This document shows, one piece after another, positions 55,039-64,000 of a DNA stretch of 64,000 nucleotides. The notes under the pieces are model-generated. The model did no database searches. It was not told the DNA's origin and worked only from the letters and a program-made list of their open reading frames with translations. The DNA is taken from assembly GCA_965197925.1 (NCBI GenBank), contig CBDAOC010000018.1, forward strand, positions 128,001 to 192,000, written 5' to 3'. The position numbers and the translations under genes are program-made. Position 1 is the stretch's first letter. Every line of letters starts with the position of its first letter. Source of the DNA: Nitrososphaerales archaeon. Lineage in GTDB: Archaea; Thermoproteota; Nitrososphaeria; Nitrososphaerales; UBA213.

Positions 55039-58000
55039 TCATATGTGGCCAGTAGTTACTAAACGAAGAATAGAAAAAATTGGTTTTATATCTCCCTTAA
55101 TTATGAGCTTCACAGCGGAATAATGCCTCACCGTTCTGACAAGTCCCCCCCCAACATCATTCTCACCGCCATCTAACCTATCTATACCTATACCACCAAA
55201 CAAGTTATCATCTCCATCTTGTCCAAATAAACTGTCATCCTCTGTTCCACCAGACAAACCATCATTACCATCCCCACCAAATATACGGTCATTTCCAGAA
55301 CCACCAAATGCTCTGTCATTACCTTGACCAAGACTTATGAAGTCGTGTCCCATTCCACCACCTGCTGTATCATTACCATTTCCTCCAAATATCTTATCAT
55401 CTCCATCTCCACTACAGATTATGTCATTGCCGCCTAATCCAACTATGGTATCATTTCCTCCCAATCCATGGATTACATCAACTTCGCCTGTTCCCACAAG
55501 GATATCATTACCTGCAGTGCCTATTAGAGTAGGCATCACATTAAAGCAGTTTAGCCCAATTCCTTCAATATTTATGATACCATTAAACTCCTGGTTCATA
55601 GATGAACCATCTCTGATATCCATGTAATTTGCTTCAAGGTCCATCATCTCTGTTATCACAGATACGGGAGGAGTTTCAGGAGTGCCAGGCGTTGCATCAA
55701 CCAGTATCGCCATTGGTATGGTTATCTGTGCTACAAATGTTCCAGTATTGGTACCTGTCTCCAATAGTGTAGTATTTACTGCATTGAAGAAAGAGTCTAT
55801 TTCTCCTGGTGCACAGCTATTGGCATCACCACCTAGTATACCAGATACCGCTGGATCTACCTCTGAGCATACTCTTTCTTCACTTAACTCGAAGAAGACA
55901 AAACTATCAATGGGTAGGTGGTACCTCTCTTGGGAATCTGCTCTTCTGTTAAGGTCCTCATCCTTTATGGTCAGGAAGGCATCCTGTCCAAATGAGAATA
56001 AACTCCTATCCCATTCTATCATACCATCTCTAGTTTCGTAGTCGAATGTTACATTTACTTCCCTGAAGAAATCTACGCTGTCAGTATCGAAGTATGTGAA
56101 CGCTAATCTGTTGGGTGTAACTAATCTATTCGGTACCCACATCTTCACTGGATCACCAGTCAAGGTAATGTCAGCCAATATATCCGACACGGTGTCGAAT
56201 TGGTTGAACGTGAAAAAATCAGCCCTCCCGCTGAATACACTGGAGTTAGAACCATCTTCACCAAGGTCCATCCTGTAGGCAACGTTTGAGAATGCAGTAC
56301 CTATAGGTGAGGCGATATTGTCAGGCTCCTGATCGGTTGGTGCAGGAGAGAATACTACGCCGAGTCCAACTATGTCTACTAGTATGGTGTGGGCAACTAG
56401 ACTTATGATATCAGCCGTATCGATTATTCCTGAATCATCATCTAGTAAGAGTGTAGTTACTCTAATCTGGTCCTCTGGTTCAACCATTGGATAGTCTACC
56501 AAGTCAAGAACTCTGAATGCACCCACAGAGATCCTACTTGTTGTTAGGTCTCTGTCGAAACCAACAGCATCGCTACCTGTTAGTGTGTCCCAAGGATCAC
56601 CTGGTCCAATTACACCAGGAGACAAATCAGGTAAGCTATCATAAACTTCTCCAGTCAATGGATTTCCGTCTATGTCTCTATTGTCCGTCTCTTTTATCTG
56701 AAAGTCAACTATCTGTGATGCATGTACACATGTCTCGTCGAATGCGATCTCTGAATCTGTTTCTCCATCAGCCATACATGCTGGATCTACAGCGTCTATC
56801 TTTGCAACTAGTTGTTCGATTCCTGTTGTGGTATGAAGTTGTTGTACATTCATGTGCAGAAGGTTATACCTTGGCATGTCAACGGTAAGCAATTCATCAT
56901 CAGGTATAGGACCTGCGCCCAATAGGCCGAGAACTACATCCCTTCCTATTACCTCACCTGTAGATCTGGTGATTCTTGCTACTTGTGTGACAAAGTTCTC
57001 TTGCTGTTCATCCAGCAATGAACCGCCAAATTCCTGTAAGTTATTTACCCTTATCTGTCCCAGAATCTGGGCTTTAGTGGCCGTTGTACTGAATTGGACA
57101 TCATTGATATCGTCAATGGTTACACTGGTATCAATCATGATGGCATTGGGATTGTCAAAGCCGATCCGATCTGTGGTAAATACTAGGGAGAACTTGTCAT
57201 TTTCTGTTGGTAAATCAAATTCACTATCCCTGCTGACTGCTATAATATCAAAAAAATGAGCTTGGAACGCCTCTGGACCGAACGTGCCTCCTGTAGCGTC
57301 AACTACATCATCATCGTTGAAATCTGCAAGAACGTTAGCTCCTGTGTCATTTAGACCGAACAATGCAGTATCCCCTTGCGCTGACAAGAATATAGCTTCC
57401 CATATCTGAAGGACGTTGTTCAATGTTGGGTCAAATATTCCACCGGCATCAAGAGCAGTCCTCGTGTTAATTAGAGGGATTGGTTCTCCAACTTCTAATA
57501 TGTTGTTTGCATTCCTTCCATCACGTGGTTCACTTGCTGCGCTACTCAAGTTCTGGTCAGGATCTGTGACAATAAATACCGCTCTATCAGCAGAATCAAA
57601 AACCTCTCCATCAACACTTGTAATGCCATCATGTAAAGCAAATGGAACACTGCTGACTAAATCGAAGTACTTGAAATTAGCAATTCTGTCTCTAACACCT
57701 GCGAATATTGTAGACCTGTCACCTTTTCTTGCTTGACCCGTGTTGAAGCTGCCAGAGTTTGGTTTGGCTGATGCTTCATTGATCCTAACTACAGATGAAA
57801 GGTCTCCTGGTTGTGCAGCACTGATATCTATTGGTATAGCGGTACCTGGTAAGAATACAGTATCGATATCGTCAAATTCTGTAGTTAATCTGGCATTCTC
57901 TCTTACTAGAATGAATGAGGAGAGTCTGGTACAAAGTTCACTTCCCTATCCAGAGATTCTGAAAAGGCGAAGATCCATGCTACAGATTCAACTCCATCGT

Positions 58001-58268
58001 CAAGCTCGAGTATCTGTCTGTGGTCAAAGTCAATGTCGGGGAATATTGGAAGTACATCCTGTTTTTTAATTGATCCTTTTGGCGAGCTTAGAATCTTCTC
58101 TATGAATCCAGTGTCTTTGTTCAAGACCATAAAAAGTTGGTCAACTTCTCGTGGATTAATATTCCACTGAAAGTCGTTGATTTCGTAGAATATCTCTGCA
58201 CCCAGTAGATAAGAATTTCTATCTAGGGATGATGTAATAGATTCCGGCAAGTCATCAAATGTAAGTAT
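55039..58268 (-). pseudogene. S-layer (SlaA-like) paralog with C-terminal RTX-type Ca-binding repeats; 5'-truncated by IS and frameshifted near 57910
   Basis: LDRNSYLLGAE, VTDPDQN, LGEDGSNSSVFSG, IKDEDLN, LLETGTNTGTF motifs; GGxGxD nonapeptides at the C-terminus. Confidence 0.7.
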
Positions 58269-59148
58269 GAAGTCATCCCAATACTCTCCAATACATCATA
58301 ATCGACGAAATGATAACAAATGCCAGATAGTTTTGTGCATTCTTCTCATATCTGATCCTGGTTCTGTGGAACCCATTCTTCAACCAGGCAAAGAATCTCT
58401 CCACAACATAGCGCGTCTTGCCGTATAGGTATTGTTCTGTATTATCATTTTGTTGTTGTGTCTTACTGTTTTTTCTGTAAGGTATGCAGTCAGAGATTTT
58501 TCTTTTGGTGAGGTATTTCCTGATGAATTCTGCATCATAGCCCTTGTCTGCTTGGCACCGCGCAATTTTTCTGATAGATCTCTCATCCAGATATTGTGAG
58601 ATGCCATCCATCACGTCTACAAATCTTGCAGAGTCATGCTGATTTGCAGGACCCATCACTACTGAGACTGGCAGTCCGTTTTGTTCCACCGCAACGTGTA
58701 TTTTTGTGCCTGAAATCCTGTTGAATCCGTTGTATCCTATGACGCTTCCCCTTTTTTGGCCGGAACTGATGACGAATCGACCGTTTTTTGCAGCTGCATC
58801 TTGCCTGATCTGTGGGCTGATTTGACTGCAGCGGAGAGGATATTCTTCCATATTCCACGTCGCTGCCAGTTCTGCAGTCTGCGGTGCGCAGTTGATTTGG
58901 AGCCGTACCTTTGTGACATCCCAGTCCACCTGCATCCTGTTATCCCGACAAACAGGATTCCGTTGACTGTCTTTCTGTCGTCTGCCCTTGGCCTTCCGGT
59001 TCTGGCTGGCTTGGGGAGATGCGGTGATATCATCTTCCATTGTTCACCTGTTATCTCCTGAAATTTCATGATCTGCTACGGGCAGCATTGCAAATAGATC
59101 CAAATGATCGTCAATTATTCACTAAATGATCAGTTTTGGGATCAGTTG
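58269..59148 (-). mobile_element. IS5-family element, 880 bp, copy 2
   Basis: Same length and identical ORF translations as 9945-10824; flanks TAT/GAT, no target duplication. Confidence 0.93.
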
Positions 59149-60757
59149 GATAAAGGTAAACGTTGACTTCGTAGAACTTTCAGCTTGATGTATAACTTCC
59201 CATCCTTTTCGAATGTTTCAATGTGCTCAATATCCCGTTTTCCTAAATTACCAAACCCTCGTTGCTTCCATTTACCATTGAACCTATAAAATCCATTTTG
59301 AAGGTAGAACACGTCATCAGCATGATCCTTGGAAGAAAACTCACCTAACTCCGAGGAGTCTAGGCCAAGTTCTTTGGTGGTGCAGATTGAATCGGTTGCA
59401 AAACTAACAACACCCCTTCCCAAGGCATTATCAACCACAAATTTGTAAAGCTAAGCTCTAGTACTCCCTGTTATGGTTGCAAAAATAACAGGGCAGAATA
59501 AGTTTCCTATTACGTGTTTAACTTTCTGGCCTGTCTTTCCGTATATAGAATTTAGAATTAACTTTATGACTGATTGACGTGGATCGTTAGCAGTCTTTAG
59601 TTCCATCCTTTTCTGGTAAAGGTCTTCAATAAAGTTCTTGTATGGACGATAATCAGAGTTTGGGATAAACTGCCGAGATTGCAATATTTTATAATATGTA
59701 TTTGGACATGCTCTCAGCTCATCTATCGTTGCATATGTTATGAAACGGCCAGAAGGAAAGCTCAAGTCGCCATTAACTCTAAAAGGAAATGGTGCGATGT
59801 AATTCCCGTCTGGAATGTCTGCCAGAATTTTGAAAAAGCCTAGCTTTGCGTCATAATGAATATTGTTTCCATTTATCCACCTTCCGTCAGTCAGATCTGG
59901 AAGTTTAGCATTTTATCTGGATATGCCGAGTTTATATCATATAGGAATGCCTTGCCAATGAACCCACGTTTCAGCATCTCAAATCTTCCCCCAAAATATG
60001 ATCGAAAAGCCAAGTCCTGTACGTCATAGGGAATGGAATCAAACAGTGGAAAGTTTAACCCACTGTTTATCACCACCTTTTCTGCTAGATATGCAGGTGA
60101 GAGCCATTTTTGTGGAAAAAATCCAAAGATATCATAAAACAGATGTATCCAATGTTGTGATAACTCTTCCGTATACTTACAGTCCTGAATACAATAATTT
60201 CTTACCTCATTAGTATTACGGCGATAAAACCTTGGAGAAAATTGACTTCTATCCCCCTTGAAACCTAGATACGACTCATCTACGGGGCCTATATTATCTT
60301 GGTAATCCTTTGCAAGACCCTTACCGTAGAATTGCGCTATATCATAAAACTTTACGGAATGATGACCTTTATTGATAGTGAGACATTTTTTCGGATAGTA
60401 AGTATAGCGGTAATCTCCATACTTGAACGATAATTTTCCAGTAGTCTTATACGTGCTTAACGCATTCCCAAACACTGCTTTTAAAATAACTTCAGCATCA
60501 TATTCCAATCGATAGAAGAAATTCCATGCACCTTGGTACTTCTTACAATAAAGAAATCTTGTCAAAGACATAGGCGTTATTTTATCGAGATACCTTTTAT
60601 CAGAATCTGCTATTAGAAATACATCGCCCTGATAGGTTTCTACATCTACAGCATAGACTTTTCGTGGTTCTGATTTTGCTGGATCTCTGTACTGGATTTT
60701 ATTAGTCCATAACTTTCGTAGATCCTTGTAGTCTGTTATGGAGATGGATTCTGCCAT
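59149..60757 (-). pseudogene. polB: Family B DNA polymerase, protein-primed/casposon type; frameshift near 59905, in-frame TAG at 59451-59453, 3' end cut by IS5
   Basis: ExoI DVET, ExoII LEYD, ExoIII YCIQD, SYFGGRFE, motif A YDINSAYP, motif B KLILNSIYGKTGQ, motif C ATDSI. Confidence 0.88.
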
Positions 60758-61081
60758 ACGACATCAGGAATTGACCCTTCTTTGCCTTCTTTTCTTGCCT
60801 TGAATTCCTTTCGTATCTCCTGATATGGTACTTCCGGAAAGTTATCATGAATCAATCTTATGTAGCGATGATAATTTTTTAGTTTGCTTGACCGTGATAT
60901 TTTTCCTTCAGATTTCCTTTCTTCCTCCTCCACTTCTCTTTCAGCCCTTCTTCGCTTTTGTCTTGATTTTTTCCAGCTTTGATGTAAGCTCCTTTCTTAG
61001 TTGCCTCACCGTTCTTGTGTTTGGAAAATTCTTTAGGGTCCTTATGAGTTCAATTAATTTACTATCATCAAGTTGGGACAT
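60736..61081 (-). pseudogene. Basic helical protein overlapping the polB start (one frameshift)
   Basis: MSQLDDSKLIELIRTLKNFP... joins to ...NYHRYIRLIHDNFP..IPDVVWQNPSP. Confidence 0.6.
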
Positions 61082-61109
61082 TCATTATCACTTCCGAAAT
61101 AAAAAATCC

Positions 61110-61469
61110 TTAGGGCGATCTGCTTTCGAATTCAAAAACAAATCGCCTGATAGTTCTCCCTGTTGTCAGTGACTTCCCTAACCATGTTTTTAGTTTGAAT
61201 TTTATACCTGGTTTGATGAGTCCCTCCTCATATGTGCTCCATTGGTTCTGTAGACTGACATTGTTGGACGTGTTTGATTTCAGTAGAATTACAACGTCGT
61301 GGAATTTGTCGTCTTGTTTTAGCTGTGCTTTGACATTCGTAGAATACATGGTCTCGAATGTCTCGATATCTGTTATCTTCATCTCTAGGATGTCTGGATT
61401 GTTTGCGTCACTGGATTTGTAGGGCCCCCAATTGACGAATGGAGCCCAGTTAGTTCGGTCCTGTGTCAT
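61110..61469 (-). CDS. Hypothetical beta-rich protein, possibly OB-fold/SSB-like
   Basis: Intact ORF in the polB operon; fold is inference only. Confidence 0.55.
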   Translation of the reverse strand: MTQDRTNWAPFVNWGPYKSSDANNPDILEMKITDIETFETMYSTNVKAQLKQDDKFHDVVILLKSNTSNNVSLQNQWSTYEEGLIKPGIKFKLKTWLGKSLTTGRTIRRFVFEFESRSP

Positions 61470-61653
61470 TGCTCTTTATCCCCTTAATGGGCGTCAGAGT
61501 GAGCTTTCCATCTGTACCCATGGTCATATATACTCTCATTCCTTTATCCAGGAAATTGTCGGTGAATGTCTTAGGCAAAGTAACCACTTTTGAAAAATTC
61601 ATGGTGCTCACCTTCCTTATGCCTAGATTCAGATTCTTCTTCATATTTTTCAT
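61450..61653 (-). CDS. AbrB/MazE-like DNA-binding protein
   Basis: RKVSTMNFSKVVTLPK..LDKGMRV..GKLTLTP swapped-hairpin pattern. Confidence 0.7.
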   Translation of the reverse strand: MKNMKKNLNLGIRKVSTMNFSKVVTLPKTFTDNFLDKGMRVYMTMGTDGKLTLTPIKGIKSNDTGPN

Positions 61654-61720
61654 TTCAATCGTTATGCTTTACGTTATCTTATTATATATGACCTATGTTA
61701 AGTAGGTTGACCTATAAATA

Positions 61721-62359
61721 ATGATTAGCAGTGAACCACGCAGAACAGACAAGAGTGTCCCTAGGAGGACGGAGTTTGGAGAAGTAAAGCAAAGAGAGAT
61801 ATCGATTCTTAAAACCATCAAGGAACATCCAAACATACATCACAACGCATTGAAGAAAATTATTGTTGAGGAGCTGGATCTTGTAGCAATTAAAACATTT
61901 GACCGATTAATAAAAGAATTGATAAAAACTTACAAGATTTCTTTTACTTATGAGAATAATAAAAAGCTCTATTCGATTCCAAATATTTCAATTCTACAAG
62001 ATTCTCAGGATTTAATAATACCGTATCTAAACTCTATGAACGAGCATCTTAAAATATTTGAAAAAGTGTATCCAAGGCTGTCTTATTATGAGAAGGTTGT
62101 AATTTCAGAGCATTTTGTTAAACAATTGCTGAGTAACTTATACGGGATAGATTTGTACCGTCAAATTAATTCTGATAAAAAAATAGAAGATTATCTTCAA
62201 ATCAAAGATGATTTTATGAAAAAGATAAGGAAGATTTTAGAAATATTCTCCCACGATTCTGCCGGTGGTGCTTTAACTTCCAACCTTCTATTTAGCATAA
62301 TAAATCTGAATCCAGATCAGAATGCCGAAGTAGCCTCCCTAATGAATTCTAAGAAATAA
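61721..62359 (+). CDS. Winged-helix protein, divergent from the polB operon
   Basis: ILKTIKEHPNIHHNALKK...TFDRLIKELI...KKLY. Confidence 0.65.
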   Translation: MISSEPRRTDKSVPRRTEFGEVKQREISILKTIKEHPNIHHNALKKIIVEELDLVAIKTFDRLIKELIKTYKISFTYENNKKLYSIPNISILQDSQDLIIPYLNSMNEHLKIFEKVYPRLSYYEKVVISEHFVKQLLSNLYGIDLYRQINSDKKIEDYLQIKDDFMKKIRKILEIFSHDSAGGALTSNLLFSIINLNPDQNAEVASLMNSKK

Positions 62360-62374
62360 TAAAATTCCTCTATT

Positions 62375-62605
62375 CTAATCAGATCCACTTCCAGAGTCCA
62401 CCTTGAGGACCTCACAAAATTCTTCTACAATAGTTATTTCGGAGAGGCTCTTTACCTTTGGTTCTCTGCTTGATTGCGTTTCTATTTTTTCTTTGATTAC
62501 TTTCCGTATAGGAGCTGAAGGAGTGCATCCCTCTTTGTTGCATATATCCACTAATCTATTATGTTCATCCTCTGTAAGTTTGTTAGATACCATTCGTTGA
62601 CCCAC
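62375..62605 (-). CDS. RHH/CopG-like protein within IR arm 1
   Basis: RMVSNKLTEDEHNRLVDICNKEGCTPSAPIRKVIKE beta-alpha-alpha pattern. Confidence 0.65.
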   Translation of the reverse strand: MGQRMVSNKLTEDEHNRLVDICNKEGCTPSAPIRKVIKEKIETQSSREPKVKSLSEITIVEEFCEVLKVDSGSGSD

Positions 62606-62861
62606 GGTAGACCTAGGTAGACAATAGATAGACCTGAGCTAAAAAACTTTCGATTATAATAAATTCAACGCTTACGACAAGCGTCAGTTTTCTAGGCGTA
62701 AAAGGGGGGGATACCATTTTTATTCAGTAGCTATAAAAAGTGATTCCCCCCTCCTAGGCACGGATTTGTGTCGCTTACTAGATTATAATACACGTTATGG
62801 TCTACCTCTATAATCGAAAGTTTTTTAGCTCAGGTCTATCTATTGTCTACCTAGGTCTACC

Positions 62862-63092
62862 GTGGGTCAACGAATGGTATCTAACAAACTTACAGAGGAT
62901 GAACATAATAGATTAGTGGATATATGCAACAAAGAGGGATGCACTCCTTCAGCTCCTATACGGAAAGTAATCAAAGAAAAAATAGAAACGCAATCAAGCA
63001 GAGAACCAAAGGTAAAGAGCCTCTCCGAAATAACTATTGTAGAAGAATTTTGTGAGGTCCTCAAGGTGGACTCTGGAAGTGGATCTGATTAG
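62862..63092 (+). CDS. RHH/CopG-like protein within IR arm 2 (identical copy)
   Basis: Identical translation to 62375-62605. Confidence 0.65.
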   Translation: MGQRMVSNKLTEDEHNRLVDICNKEGCTPSAPIRKVIKEKIETQSSREPKVKSLSEITIVEEFCEVLKVDSGSGSD

Positions 63093-63247
63093 AATAGAGG
63101 AATTTTATTATTTCTAATTAAGCAATGCAGCTAAGGTAATCAATATCCTTCTTTTGGGCGATATTTTTTACCATATATAAAAACAAAGGTGTAGATCCCC
63201 AACTATAATTAACCCTATATGATCCTTATAGAATAAATGATTGAGAA

Positions 63248-63725
63248 ATGAAAGTGTGGAGATCCTTCGGGGAAGCCAGAAAGTTTGTACATTCATTAAA
63301 ACTAAAAAATAAGAACGAGTGGCAACAATATTGCAAGTCTGACGAAAAACCTGGTGATATTCCGTCTTCACCGGATAAGATCTATCGAAATAAGAGTTGG
63401 TATGGTTATCTTGACTGGTTAGGGAACGAGGCGAAAAGGGGTAGAAAACTTTGGCTAGGAAAGCATTTTGCAGAAGAACGTCAGAGAAAGCTGAACAAGG
63501 CGGGAAGGGGTAGAAAGAAATCGGAAGAACATAAAAGAAAGAAGAGCAGGTAAAAACGGTAAAAAAAGAACAGAAGAATCAAAGAGAAAGATGAGTGAGG
63601 CGGCAAAGGGCAAAACAAATTCTGGTCACTTCAAAAAAGAGGTAATACCTTAAAATAGAGGAAAAAGAGGAGTATATTCAGAAGAAACTAAGAGAAAGAA
63701 GAGCGAGGCGATGAATGGTAAAAAG
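63248..63725 (+). pseudogene. Integrase-repeat-like unit plus NUMOD3 DNA-binding repeats (homing-endonuclease-like), frameshifted and truncated
   Basis: SFGEARKFVHSLKLK...EW...IPSSPDKIY...W...DWLG followed by KKSEEHKRK, RTEESKRKMSEAAKGK, YSEETKRKKSEAMNGK. Confidence 0.65.
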
Positions 63726-64000
63726 AGTATCCCCCTCCTAGGCACGGATTTGTGTCGCTTATCTAAATTAATACGCAGGTTATGATTAGTTGGATAATGG
63801 TTAAGATCTTAATAAGTCAATACATTGTGAAAAGTTTATTCTTGCACAGTTATGGACTTTTAATAAAAGTCAAGAATATCAGATTAGTATTCTCTTAAGG
63901 AATAGATCCCTTCAATGACAATAGGGAAATCTTAGAGCTGCCTGCAAGAGCTTGTCCATTTTAAAGTGATCATACAGGGGAATGGTTATGTTTCTATTGA

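Larger units (their letters stand above)
59149..62723 (-). mobile_element. Casposon-like self-synthesising element remnant (no cas1 visible)
   Basis: PolB operon, small DNA-binding genes and a long IR arm ending in a G-tract terminal motif. Confidence 0.6.
62352..63115. repeat. Perfect 307-bp inverted repeat (62352-62658 / 62809-63115) around a 150-bp spacer
   Basis: Arms are reverse complements; identical 76-aa ORFs at 62375-62605 (-) and 62862-63092 (+). Confidence 0.92.

Noticed and set aside
470..57736. Numerous 60-150 aa antisense ORFs in the track (e.g. 470-835, 23971-24435, 43770-44225, 55337-57736)
   Set aside because: They overlap well-supported genes on the opposite strand and lack motifs
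59451..59453. In-frame TAG in polB as pyrrolysine or readthrough
   Set aside because: The gene also has a frameshift and IS truncation; a simple nonsense mutation is more parsimonious and no pyl genes are seen
62352..63115. Protelomerase (hairpin telomere) site or invertible promoter switch
   Set aside because: No protelomerase or invertase in the window and the 150-bp centre is not a perfect palindrome; TIR junction fits the PolB context better, though not excluded

Overview
AT-rich archaeal DNA, most consistent with a Nitrososphaeria (Thaumarchaeota) chromosome or MAG. Intact housekeeping blocks (translin-LLM-nfi, GGR-pop5-rps3ae, msrA, ubiX, dph2-csl4-pheA, AKR-menA-dtxR-phnDCE) are separated by decayed accessory DNA with many IS elements and pseudogenes. 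Main highlights: (1) At the right end, a casposon-like self-synthesising element remnant with a broken protein-primed-type PolB. Its apparent terminus is a perfect 307-bp inverted repeat encoding a small RHH-like protein, and three related 'TAAAAA..TCCCCC' end motifs suggest tandem or nested termini. (2) An orphan 3-repeat CRISPR array fused directly to the truncated 3' end of a SWIM/Zn-ribbon/DDE transposase pseudogene, with hicAB upstream and no cas genes in the window. (3) Two matching 880-bp IS5 copies: one cleanly splits a YVTN gene (GAC target duplication), the other has no duplication and joins a truncated S-layer/RTX gene to the truncated PolB. (4) A ~21-bp-period ACGTTA iteron-like array after a DinG-type helicase. 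(5) Tandem DtxR-like boxes over the phnDCE promoter. (6) A candidate C/D-box sRNA. All family calls come from reading motifs by eye; no database search was run.
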